Assembly (NCBI GenBank): GCA_013265495.1
Contig: MU058844.1
Location: 11,368,184 to 11,432,183 of the forward strand
Reading direction: 5' to 3'
DNA: 64,000 nucleotides
DNA from: Vicugna vicugna
Taxonomy: Eukaryota
Within the stretch, counting starts at the first letter, position 1; each line of letters opens with the position of its first letter. Made by a program: the position numbers and the translations under genes. Positions 10,601-22,542 of the stretch are shown here, piece after piece. The notes beneath the pieces are model-generated. The model saw only the letters and a program-made list of their open reading frames with translations, did not search any database and was not told the origin of the DNA.

Positions 10601-13600
10601 ATACAGGTCTACCTCATAACAAGAAACATCTCAAATAAACAACCTAACCTACCATCTAAAGGAATTAGAGAAAGAAGAACAAACAAAGCCTGAAGTCAGC
10701 AATAAGAAGGAAATAATAAAGATGAGAGAGGAAGTAAATAAAAGACACTCCCTCCCCCGCAAAAAAGTACAATGAAACCAACAGCAGGCTTTTTGAGAAC
10801 ATAAACCAAATTAACAAGCTTTTAACCAGACTTATCAAGAAAAAAAGAGAGAGGACTCAAATGAATTAAATAAGAAATAAAAGAGGAAAAAAATACAGCC
10901 ATTTACACAGGAATACAAAAAAAAAATCTTAATAGAACACTGTGAACAGTTTCATGGCAACAAATCAGATGATCTAGAAGTAATGGATATATTTCTAGAA
11001 ATATACATTTTCCAAGAGTGAATCAGGAAGAAATAGACAATCTAGACAGACCAATCACTAGTAGTGAAATTGAATTAGTAATCAAAAATCTCCTAGCAAA
11101 CCAAAGTCCACGAAAGGATAGCTTCAAAGGGGAACTCTACCATATATAAAAGAGATAATACCTATCCTTCTCAAACTATTCCAAAAAATTGAAAAGGAGT
11201 GTACACTCCTAAATTTATTCTGCATGGCCACCATTATCCTGATACCAAAACCCAACAAAGACATTACAAAAAAAGAAAAATATAGGCCAATGATTGTGAT
11301 GAATACAGTACAAAAATCTTTTTTTTTTCCAGATGCAAAAATCTTCAATGAAACATTAGCAAACCAAATTCAAAAATATAGAAAAAGGATCAAACACCAT
11401 GATCAAGTGAGACTCATTCCAGGGAAGCAAGGATGGTTCAACATATGCAAATCAATCAATGTGATACACCACATTAACAAATCAAAGGGTAAAAATCACA
11501 TGACCATCTCAATAGAATGCAGAAAAATAATTCGACTGAAGACAGCATCCATTCATGATTAAAATTACCTTTAAAGTTGGTAAACAGGAACATATCTCAA
11601 CATAATAAAGGCCATTTATGACAAACCCACAGCTAACATCACACTTAATGGTGAAAAGCTGAAACATTTTCCTCTACAGTCAGGAAAAAGACAAGGATGC
11701 CCATTCTTGTCACTTCTATTTCAATACAGTAATGAACATACTAGCCACAGAAATCAGACAAGGAAAAGAAATGAAAGGCATCCACTTTGGAAGTGAAGAA
11801 TTAAAAATGTCTCTAATTGCACAGGGCATGATACTATATATAGAAAATTCTAAAATCTCCACCAAAAAACTATTAGAATAATAAATGAAATGATTCAATA
11901 AAGTTGTAGGATACAAAGTTAATATACAGAAATTCATTGCTTCTCTATGCACTAATAATAAACTATCAGAAGGAAAAAGCAAGAAAAGAACTCATTTAAA
12001 ATTACATCAAAAAGAATAGAATACCTAGGAATAAACAACCAAGGAGTTCAAAGACCTATACTCTGAAAACTATTGTATGGATGGAGGAAACTGAAGATAA
12101 TACTAAGAAATGGAAAGATAACCCATGTTCATGGACTGGAAGAATTCAGTTTTTTTAAATGGCTACATTACTCCAAGTAATCTACAGATTTAATGCAATT
12201 CTTGTTAAAATAACCATGACATTGTCCACAGAACTAGAAAAATAATCCTAAATTTATATGAAACCCCAAAAGAATCCAAATTCCCAAAGCAATCCTGAGA
12301 AAAAAGAACAAGTCTGGAGGTATAACCCTCCAAGCTTTCAGACTATACTACAAAGCTACAGTAATCAAAACAGCATGGTACTCGACAAAAACAGACATAT
12401 AGACCAATGGAACAGAATAGAGAGCCCAGAACTAAACCCATAATAAATATTTGAGTATTTTTTAAATAAAAAATTTATTAATGACCAAAATATAAGACCA
12501 AAAACCATAAAACTCCTAGAAGAAAACATAGGCAGAATACTCTGACATAAATTGTAGCAATATTTTCTTAGATCTGTTTCCTAGAGCAAAGAAAACAAAA
12601 GCAAAAATAAACAGGGCCTATTCAAACTTAAAACTTTTGCACAGAGAAGGAAACCACTGACAAAATGAAAAGATAACCTACTAAATGGGAGAAAATATTT
12701 GCAAATGGTATGATTGATAAGGGTTTAATATCCAAAATATATATACAGCTCATACAACTCAATACCACAAAAACAAACAATCCAATTAAAAACAGGCAGA
12801 AAAACTGAATAGATATTTTTACAAAGATACATAGATGACCAACAGGAACATGAAAAAGATACTCAATACCACTAATCACCAGAGAAATGCAAATCAAATG
12901 AGATACCTAACCTCACAGCTTTCAGAATGGCTGTTGTGAAAAAGACCACAAAAAACAAATGTTGGTAAGGATGTGGAAGAAAGGGAACCCTTGTACACAG
13001 TTGGTGAGAATGTAAATGGGTGCAGCTACTATGGAAAACAGTATGGAAATTCCTCAAAAAACTAAAATTAGAACTATTGTATCATCCAGCAACTCCACTC
13101 CTGGGTATTTATCTGAAGAAAATTAAGACACTAATCTGAAAAAATACATGCACCCCAAAGTTCACAGCAGCATCACTTACAATACCCAAGATACAGAAGC
13201 AACATAAGTGTCTACCAACAGATAAGTGGATACAGAAGAGTGGTATATACATGCAATGGAATATTACTCAGCTATAAAAAGAATGAAATTTTGCTACCTG
13301 CATCAACATAGATAGACCTGGAGGTACTGTGCTTTTGAAATAAGATAAATATTGCATATCATAAATTATATGTGGAATCTAACAAATAAAATGAATGAAT
13401 GAATGAATATAACAAACAGAAACAGAGTCACAGATATACAGAACAAACTTGTGGGTTCCCAATGAGGAGAGGGGAAGTGGGGAATAGCAAGGCAGTAGAA
13501 GGGAGTTAAGAAGTATAAATCCCTGCCAAGAAAATAAACAAGCTACAAGGATATGCAGTACAGCACAGGGAATGGAGCCAATATTTTATAATGAACTTTA

Positions 13601-13688
13601 AATGAAGTATAATCCATAAAAATATTTAAATCACTATGTTGCACAGCTGAACTAATATAATATTGTACATACACTGTACTTAAATTTA
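7661..13688 (+). mobile_element. Near-full-length, inactive L1 (LINE-1): 5'UTR, ORF1 (~8621-9336, shortened), ORF2 (~9722-13300), 3'UTR
   Basis: 5' end gaggaagagatcaagacggc (YY1-like CAAGATGGC variant). ORF2 endonuclease start MAISTYLPVITSSINGLNALIKRHRVTDW. RT region [21 protein letters not shown]...[17 protein letters not shown]. Many stops and frameshifts. SLFADDMILY motif decayed to SLIAQGMILY (~11810-11839). Putative TSD aaaaattaggcagt (7647-7660) / aaaaatcatgcagt (13689-13702). Confidence 0.95.
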
Positions 13689-15639
13689 AAAAATCATGCA
13701 GTGTCCATACCACATTATGCTTTACACACTGACTCAGTGATATTTACTTTAATTTCCTGAATGTGATATTAAATTTTGGTTTCAAACAGATAAGCAAAAC
13801 AGTAATATCCATGAGACAAAACTTTTAAGTCTCTCTTGTATACTTATGGTTGTATCTACAATATCTGTTGGACTTCATAACCTGAAATCCACACCTCGTC
13901 CTGATCTGTGAAGTCTCCGTCTTTACATAGCCTGTTTTGAATATTTAAACCTAAACCTCAACTATGACATCTCATCTGTTTTATGTTTATAAAGAAATAA
14001 AATAACATAATCGAAACCAAAACATGTAAAATGGCGAAATGTTCACCCATTATATGAAAGACAAATTATTAGCCATTGCAGATTAGATGTTGTCAACTGG
14101 TTTGCTTGTTTAAAAATCAAAGCTCTATTTCATGGAAAGTAAGATAAGAAACAATTGTCTAATGAGAGTCAACTTCAAAATCTGAAATTGAGGATAACAA
14201 GACCAGGCCCTGCTCTGATAACCTTGGACACTGTGGAGAAAGGAAATAGTTATCTGCCCTTTCCACAGCTCTGCAGTTAAGATAAGCTAGAAAGAGAGCA
14301 TGACAGTGTGTATTTTGCACAGAGATGATTTGATAGAGATTTGAAAAATTAAACGTAAATAAAAAGGGGCATACTTTTCCTCATACTACATTGTTTATTT
14401 GCAGGCCTGTCATTATTTCTCCTCCTTTTCAGTTTTGGAGCTCTTGAGAGTACAGATTCATGTTTCTATATGTTGCTATAAATTGACAAACACCCTAGCC
14501 ATGTTCCATAAATATATAATAAGATAAAGAGAAACACAAACATTACAGCAAGAAAATGAAGCCCACAGTGACTCAATTCCTCAATTCATGGATGCCCTTT
14601 GACTTTTTTTGGCTCTGTTTCAAATGCTAAGGACCTCTGAGACTCCCCAGTCAGTAGCTCCTTCTATATACCTAAGGACTGACTGACCTTCACACACAGT
14701 ACTTATAAACACTGGCTCATTCTTACCAAGTATTATAAAGTAGCGGTCATTGTTAGTGCTGAATTTCTCAAGTCCAATGCCCTACTCTATCAAGCGGTTA
14801 AAAGAAAAAAGAAAAAGTACTGTTAGAACTAAATTGATCAACCTTAACATGATGCCCAATTCCATGAAGACAAGGACACAAGGAAGACTTACGACTCCAG
14901 CACCAGAGAGGACGTTTTCCCAGAGAGCACTCCCAGGTATTGCTTAGAACTAGAATATTAATGCCGAATTGCATGAAGTGATTTCCAGATAAAGAAATAA
15001 GAGACGTATGAGAGTACGTTTCTTCAAATGTAAGTTTCTCCAAAATTTCCCAATGTTGGGCATAGCTGTGTAAAAATACCTTGATGATTGATTAAGAAAC
15101 GTCTATAAAAGTATGTGAATTCTTCAGAGCCCCTTTCACAATTTTTACACCAAACATTTATGGCAAAGGATCAGAAACGTCTGTGCAATTATCTCCCTAT
15201 TTATCTTCAAAATAAATGGTATTAAATAAATAATCTATTGCTAACCCCCAAGTATACTGTAGTTAAACTGTCTTAAACGAATCATTGTGCCTACCTTTTA
15301 ACTGATCCGGCACAGAAATGTGCCAAGATTTTTCAATTAACTACTAATAGTTTGATCCTAATTTTAACCCTAATAGAGGAACAGTCAGACTCTGCCCCTC
15401 CCTTCACACTTCAACTTGCCTTTTCCCTTACGCTCAGCATTTGGACATTGCATACTCTTTTGTTCCAATTTAGGCTTTAGAAACATAAACATGCTGATTT
15501 CGTTTTGGTGCGCATCTGAGGCATTTAGATATCTGAGATGAAAAATAGTAAAAGAAATCAGTTTGCAAAATTAGAAAGGCATCAGCTATTTTTTTTAGTT
15601 CTCATCTCCCTATTCAAGGAAGATAAGTCATCTCTAAGA

Positions 15640-16020
15640 AGATTACTGTTCATACCTACTTGGTGACTCCTTTCACAACTTCTCATGGAAGGATGTTACA
15701 TCTGCATCCTGTTTAACAAACTTGACCATGTGACTTGTTTGGACCCATGAAATGTGAGTGGGGTGACAGGCAGCACTTCTCAACAATGAGCGCATGGTTT
15801 GCATTTTCTTTATTGCCTCTGTCAATTCCCTCCATTGGCAGTGTTCTAGGAAATGGCTACTTCATCATGGATTCTAGAATAAAGATAACGTGGAATAAAA
15901 CCACAGCGCCTTGAAATGGACATGTAGCATGAGAAAGAAAGAAATACATATTTTTTTAACAAGTCACTAAAATTTTGTAGTTGTTACCACAGTATGACCT
16001 AGCCTATTCTGTCTGATATA
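15640..16020 (+). mobile_element. Old MaLR (MLT1-type) solo LTR
   Basis: ccatgtgacttgtttggacccatgaaatgtgagtggg...gtagcatgagaaagaaa...gttgttaccacagtatgacctagcctattctgtctgatata typical of MLT1 LTRs. Confidence 0.7.
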
Positions 16021-16147
16021 CCTTCTTAAATATGCCTTGAAAATTGTTGATGATTTGTTTTGAGGGAGTGACTGGCCATGACTCACATCAAAACCTTTAA
16101 AAGAATTTAATCAATAGGATAATTTATCATAAGCAATTAATTTAAAC

Positions 16148-16191
16148 AGATGAACAAATCATTGGTACTAGATGAACAAATCATTGGTACT
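16148..16191. repeat. Perfect 22-bp tandem duplication
   Basis: agatgaacaaatcattggtact x2. Confidence 0.95.
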
Positions 16192-16729
16192 ATGGTAACA
16201 AGATACAGAAGCAGTTTTGCTTTAAAAATTCTCTTTGATAACCAGATTCTATCCAACTCTATTAAATAAAATTATGACATCCAAGTTTAATCCATGACTT
16301 TGTAATAATGTGAGCTTTCTCCTGTTAGAATGTTTTCATATAGAGTAGCAAGAGTGAAGAACATAATTGGTGAAACCACAAATAATTATTCCCTTTTTTG
16401 TAAGAAGCATGTACATATAGTTTGGTGGGGGGGGTTGGGTTTTTGGTTTTTTTTCCTAACAACAAAAAAGCACTGCTGCCTGGTCTAGTGAGAAGAATCA
16501 AATGCAAGGAAAATGTTCTTTGGTTCAAAGCCCACATTTCCCAGTTCACTTCTCATTTTGTTCTTGAAGTGCCGGCACTGAGGAGTGATTTTGCTGTGTA
16601 AACAGCTCAGCATTCCTTCATTTCTCACAGTTGCTAATGCCTTTTATTGTGACTTATAGGAACTATTTGTTCCATTTACTGCCATGTAACATATTTGATA
16701 CATCGTATCTAAACTAAAGGGAGGTGATG

Positions 16730-16803
16730 GTGCTACGGCATCAATGGTGTTAAAATTTTAAACCTTGTGCTACAGCATCAATGGTGTTAAAATTTTAAAC
16801 CTT
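16730..16803. repeat. 37-bp tandem duplication, one mismatch
   Basis: gtgctac(g/a)gcatcaatggtgttaaaattttaaacctt x2. The mismatch is CG vs CA. Confidence 0.95.
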
Positions 16804-17928
16804 TCCATATGCCCAAACATGCAATGTGGACAAGAAATGACCTTAGCATCAGTAATCCTGAGTGGGGCGGGGGGAGAGAGGGAAAAGAGAGATAGTAACT
16901 GGACCAAGAAACTGCCCGGCAGCCTCAGAGGGAAGCTGACATTTTATTTTATAACCATTCTTCTCAAAAATATTACAGGGAACTTCCAAATATACTTTCT
17001 GAGGACGATTTGCAATTAGGGAAGTCTTCTTTGGCATTAAAATATGGATAAATTTTTGCCAGTTCAATAGGTTTTAGAAAATGCCAGGCAACTGAACAGC
17101 AAGTTGGACCAGATGAAGAAAATAATATAGAGATATTTTCTCTAATTGAGCAGCACTGCAGAGGCCTGAATTGTGTGCTCTGTTTAAAAAGATGGTCTGT
17201 GCCGTCAGTAATCTTCGTATTTCTACATTTAGATGGCAGACCATCAGTCTTCGAGAAGACTGCGCTGTGTGCTAGGTGCCCTGCAGCACTGGACAACTAA
17301 TATTTGACTCTGGATATGCTGTTTGCATATCTGTATCAACACAGTATCTTTATTTGCAAGGCCTGTCATTCTGACCCGCCTGTGAGGAATGGTTTCTTTT
17401 TGAAGAGCTAGTCCGTGCTCACCTCCCTCAGACAGAAGTCAGCTGCCAGCACAGCAAATGGAGGAGACGCCTAACGCCAAGAACACACGAACATCTTGTG
17501 CTAGGAAAAGATATTTTTAGTGATTATCATTCTAAGAAAGGGGATAAAAAGAAGTTAGAAAACACTCTCAGTTCAATGAACCACTTCTACCTTTTCTCTT
17601 TCCAGAAAAATAAAATATACATGAAGGAAAGAGAAAAGTAGTCAAGTACAGCAATGCTGTTTCACTATTGAGCAATCAGCCTTCAGAAGCAGTCACGGCG
17701 AAGGAAATGTCTTTGTCTTCCAGGAAGTTAGTTGAAATTACAATGATTAGAAATAAGAAATGTAGGCAGGAAAGAAGCTAGGCTTCTCTCACTCAAAAAC
17801 CAGACAAAAGATAAAACAGAGAACTTTGATGCTAATTAGACACTATTCAGGGCAGCCAGAGAAACCTGAACACTCCAGTTTTTGTAAACACGGAAAAGAT
17901 ACTGGACAAAATAAGAAAGCTGTCTCAA

Positions 17929-18072
17929 GGGGGAGAAGGTCTAGCTCAATGGCAGAGCGTGTGCTTAGCATGCACGAGGTCCTGTGTTCAATCCCCAGTA
18001 TGTCCAGTAAAAAACAAAAAAACAAAACAAAAAACCCCCACCAAATTACCATCCGACTCCAAAAACAACAAA
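17929..18072 (+). mobile_element. tRNA-Ala-derived SINE (camelid Vic-1-like)
   Basis: A box tagctcaatgg, ttagcatgc (AGC anticodon remnant), B box gttcaatcc, A-rich tail. TSD-like aagaaagctgtctcaa / aagaaagccctcaa. Confidence 0.85.
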
Positions 18073-19010
18073 AAGAAAGCCCTCAAAAGTATAAAACACT
18101 ACTCTGAACTAAAGGGGACAAAGTTTCCCATCTGGATGATCAATTATAAGGTATCCACAATAAAGATGCTTTCTTAAGGCAGACTGTTTATTTTGTAACC
18201 GAGGAAGTATTTTATACGGCAATATTATTTTCAATAATATCTGAATTGGTAAGGACAGCCATTTCACAGGCATCTCAACCTAGGTATCACTCTTAGTCAT
18301 CCAGGAAAGATACAGCCCTCGTGAAACCATCTGTCTAAGTGCATTTCCTTCCGTGCTATCTTTCAGGGATTTTAATCCCTAGCCATGAATACGGAGTGTA
18401 GGAGAAGCTGGCCGATGAAAACCTTGAACTGGCAGTTTTCACCTCTGAGATAGCCTTGACCGCCCTGGCCTTTAAATGTCAGGGACTGCGCAAGAAAAGT
18501 CCAGACACTGCTCTTAAAGAAGTTCCTCCCTGCTGATGAAGATAAAGCAAACATCTCAATTCCTTCAAAGCCTAGAAAAATTTCTGCTCCTTAAATTACA
18601 CAAAATGGGCAAGTATTTCTTCTCTTCTTCAACTGAGAGAGAACTATTATACTATTATACTTACTCCCCTTTTTAAAGATAGTCTTTAATCTTTAAAGGA
18701 TGTGTCTGAAGCATGTTCTTAAAAAGAGAAAAGTTAAATCAAAGGAGCTCTATCTGGAATTGTAGAGCAGACACTGATTAAGAGAAACTGGGAAGAGCTT
18801 ACGGTCCTAAGGAAAATGATTTTTATCCCAATTCATCTAGAAATTGATTCCCTCTTATGAAAATGGCTTTAATGTGTCAAACGGGAAAAAGAAAAATATT
18901 TATAGAAAAGACAACAAAAATAGCTCATTAACATTTCTACTGAACATTTACAGACATTTTTATAAATGTCCATGGAAGCAGGATAGGGAATGGAGCTTAC
19001 TTGTCTCGAA

Positions 19011-19307
19011 TAGCACTGGCCACAAGAAACAGAATGAAAGACACATGCAATTTAAAATTTTCTAGTAGCCACATTGAAGAAAAAGTAAAAAGCAAAGAGA
19101 AATGCACTTTAATGTTATTTGAACTCATTTCCTTTCAGTAAGTAATCAATGCTAAAACAAAACGAACATGACTTTTGTTTTGAAATTTGAATTTAAATGA
19201 ATTTAAATTACATCCAATGAAAAGCCTAGTCTCTCAGTTGCAATAGCTACATTTCAAGAGCTCACCAGCTACACGTGGCTAGCGGCTCCCACCCTAGACC
19301 ACGCAGC
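19011..19307. mobile_element. hAT-Charlie MITE, MER33/MER3-like
   Basis: taaaattttctagtagccacattg...aaaaagtaaaaag and end tagctacatttcaagagctcaccagctacacgtggctagcggctc...gaccacgcag. Confidence 0.75.
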
Positions 19308-21340
19308 CTTGGAACCCATCAGGTCCAATGCCCACTCCCGCAAAAGGCTCCAGTCAGACTAACAAACTTCCCAAGGCTTCCTGGCTCTAGAGTAATGCCA
19401 CCTCACCTAGAAACCTTCTCTTCTAGGCTTATGATATTTCTGCTCTGTTAAATTTTGTTGAATCAAAATGAGATACGTTTAAATTGTACATACTAAAGTA
19501 GAAAACATTGAGGGACATGCTTAGTTATTATCTAATAACTCAGATCCATGGAAACAAATTCATGGATAATGCTATAAAGGTCAGAAATTTCCAAATGGGG
19601 TTCTCTATGACATTACCAGCAGCTTTACAATCTGGTTAGTAGGACTCACATTTTATTGTTTTCCTGAAGTGAGTCCGAGGTCCAAATTGTCACAGGTCAA
19701 CTTCTCACAGTTTTGGTTCTCATTTTAGGCGACCACGTGGTTAGTGGTTTGTATTAAGGTTCTTATGGCAAGGTCAGCCACATTCCAGAAATACATCGCA
19801 TGTCATCCGCGTCCAGATTTTTCTGTAAAGGGTTCTCTCCTGCACTGGCCACAGGCAGCGTCACTTCAATTAACTCAGCTATAACAGATGACGGGTCTCC
19901 CTCACTGTAGGACCTCTCATCCATCAAAAGGCATACCCTGCCCTCTGCAGAAATAGTACGTCGTTAGAGGGCTCAGGGCCATAAAAGCAGAGAATCACAA
20001 AGACTAATGCACAGCAGAATGTGTTTTGGCAGCACAGGACAGGGTCAGATCAAACACACTAAAACCGAGAGTCCTCCTCCGGTGTGAGTATATTTTCCTT
20101 AGGAAAATTCTCTTATTTGATGCTCACTTTTGTCTGTGGCAAACATGCTTTGTTGCTTCATAAAATTAGGAGTCATCCCTCACCTTCTCAGACCTTGTAT
20201 CCCTTTCATTGAATTATCCTCTAATGCCCTGCACTAAACTGGGAACTGTCCCAGCGCCTTGTCAAATCCTTTTATTTTTGTTATGAAGCAGGTTTTACCT
20301 GCAGGAGAGGCCCATTTGTTGCCAAACTTAATTAAGGAAAGTTGGATCGTTTAAAGCAGGAGAGGCATATGAGCTGCTAAACAGCCAAGGACCTTTTCTC
20401 GGTTTTGGACAGCATTGAAAACATTACCGTGTTCTTTCCATCTAAGTGAACAGAACACTTCTAACCCTTGCTTACGTTGTGCCCATCATTTGAACATCAT
20501 TATCCCCATTGAACAGGTGGGGAAATCGAGACCATGGAAGATAATTGGAGCTCTCTTGCGCTAGGAAGTAGAAGCCAGGGCTCAGAGTCATTAACTTTGT
20601 CAATTTCCACAGCACAGCTGAGGCACTGTTGGTTTTTGAAAAAGAACAGATTGTAAGTGAAGGCAAGGACCAAGACGGAGGCCTTCCTTTCATAACTTGG
20701 AAGGCTGTCAGGTGCTATTCTGTATGCTAAATGTGAAAGAAATTCCAGACATCGAAAGCAAGCCACACTGCCTTCCATGAGGTTGTAAAAATAGTTCTCT
20801 TCGGAAAGGGTGGCCTAGATTAAAAACATCCTCAGTGTCCTATTTTTCAAGGAGCCCATTTCACCCAAGTTATTTTTATTAGTGGGTGGTCTTCTCAGTG
20901 GCCTGTTTAAAATGGATTACCCTGAGTCATAAGCTGCAATTGTACTTTTTAGACAAAGTTTCTCTGGATCTCCTTTTTTTTTTTTTCCAGTCATTTATTT
21001 CTACTGAGTGTTTAGGAAAAAATCTAATCCACAAATTACGTCCATTTTACCCCCTCGTATATAAATTCTACACTATCAAGGCTGTGCCGCTGTCTCCAGA
21101 AAACTTAGAGAAAAAAAAAATGTCCCTGTAATGCAAACTTGAGGACCAAGAAGTTTGGTTGCTTTGCTTTTATGAGGTTATCTTCCCTGTGCCCATGACA
21201 TGCCTCCTTGATCCATCAGAAAAGGGGTGCTTTAAGTTATAGGGTATAATTTCCTTCTGCCATATTCTTACCATGGATATTATTGAATATTAATATTGTA
21301 ATAACTTTATATGCATACCTATAATTAAAATAAATTATTT

Positions 21341-21700
21341 AAAGAAAAATATCATATGGTATCACTAATACGTGGAACCTAAAAAAATGACACAACTGAA
21401 CTTACTTACAAAAGAGAAACAGACTCACAGACATAGAAAACAAACTTATGGTTACCGGGGGGAAAGGGGAGGGTGGAGGGATACAGTGGGAGTTAGAGAT
21501 TTGCAGATACTAAGTACTATATGTAAAATAGATAAACAAGGTCCTACTGTACAGCACAGAAAACTATATTCAACATCTTGTAACAGCCTATAATATAAAA
21601 GAATATGAAAAGGAATATATATATATATAAAACTAAATCACTATGCTATACACCAGAAATTAGCACAACATTGTAAATTGACTATATTTCAATTAAAACA
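21341..21700 (+). mobile_element. 5'-truncated L1 3' end
   Basis: gaaacagactcacagacatagaaaacaaacttatggttacc...cacaacattgtaaattgactatatttcaattaaaa. Confidence 0.9.
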
Positions 21701-22167
21701 AGATAATCCATGCACCTCAGTGTTCATAGCAGCACTATATACAATAGCCAAGACATGGAAGCAGCCTAAATGTGCAACGACAGATGACTGGATAAAGAAG
21801 TTGTGCTATATTTATACAATGAAATACTACTCTGTCATAAAAAAGAATTAAATAATGCCATTTGCAGCAACATGGATCAAAATAGAGATAGTTATTCTAA
21901 GTGAAGCAAGCCAGAAAAAGAAAGAAAACTAACCTATGATATCACTTATATGTGGAATCTAAAAAGAAAAGACACTATGAACTCACCTACAAAACAGAAA
22001 CAGACTTGCAGACTTAGTAAACAATCTTATGGTTACTGGGGAAAGGGGGTGGGAAGAGACAAATTTGTGAGTTTAAGATTTACAAATGTTAGCCATCATA
22101 TATAAAAATAGATTTTTTAAAAAGTTTCTTCTGTATAGCACAGGGAACTATGTTCAACATCTTAAAA
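21701..22167 (+). mobile_element. Second L1 3' fragment directly abutting the first, ending early in the 3'UTR
   Basis: catgcacctcagtgttcatagcagcactatatacaatagccaagacatggaagcagcctaaatg...tagcacagggaactatgttcaacatcttaaaaaa. Confidence 0.9.
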
Positions 22168-22205
22168 AAGATAAGTTATTCAGCTTTTAGCTACACACTC
22201 TAAAA

Positions 22206-22534
22206 CTTCACGGGCTAATTTGATAGCTACTAGCCACATGTGCTTATGAGCACTTGAAATGTGGCAAGTTCAAATGGAGATGTGTTCCCAGTGTAAACTG
22301 CACACTGGATTTTGAAGACTTAGTACAAAAAAGAAATGCAAAATATCTTATTAATAATTATTAATATTGATTGCATATGGAAATGATAATAATTGGGACA
22401 TATTAGGCTAAATAAAATATATTTTTGAAATTAATTTCACCTACGTGTTTTTTGGTTTTTTACTTTATTTAATGTGGTTATCAGAAAACTTAAAACTACA
22501 ACTGTAGTTATTCTGTTTCTACTGGACAATGCTA
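22206..22534. mobile_element. hAT-Charlie MITE, MER33-like
   Basis: tagctactagccacatgtgcttatgagcacttgaaatgtggc...ggattttgaagacttagtacaaaaaa...ctactggacaatgcta. Flanks ctctaaaa / ctctagag resemble the Charlie NTCTAGAN target. Confidence 0.8.
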
Positions 22535-22542
22535 CTCTAGAG

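Noticed and set aside
9523..13057. ORFs in this interval as host genes or an active retroelement
   Set aside because: They are broken L1 ORF2 pieces or antisense shadows, with multiple frameshifts and the catalytic DD lost.
14893..14945. Minus-strand micro-exon ending at GTC|gtaagt
   Set aside because: Weak acceptor and no compatible neighbouring exons or recognisable peptide.
16148..16803. Direct repeats as a CRISPR-like array
   Set aside because: Only two adjacent copies each, no spacers, eukaryotic context.
17929..18005. tRNA-Ala-like sequence as a functional tRNA gene
   Set aside because: Acceptor stem does not pair. It is followed by an A-rich tail and TSD, with a second diverged copy at 48974, so it is a SINE.
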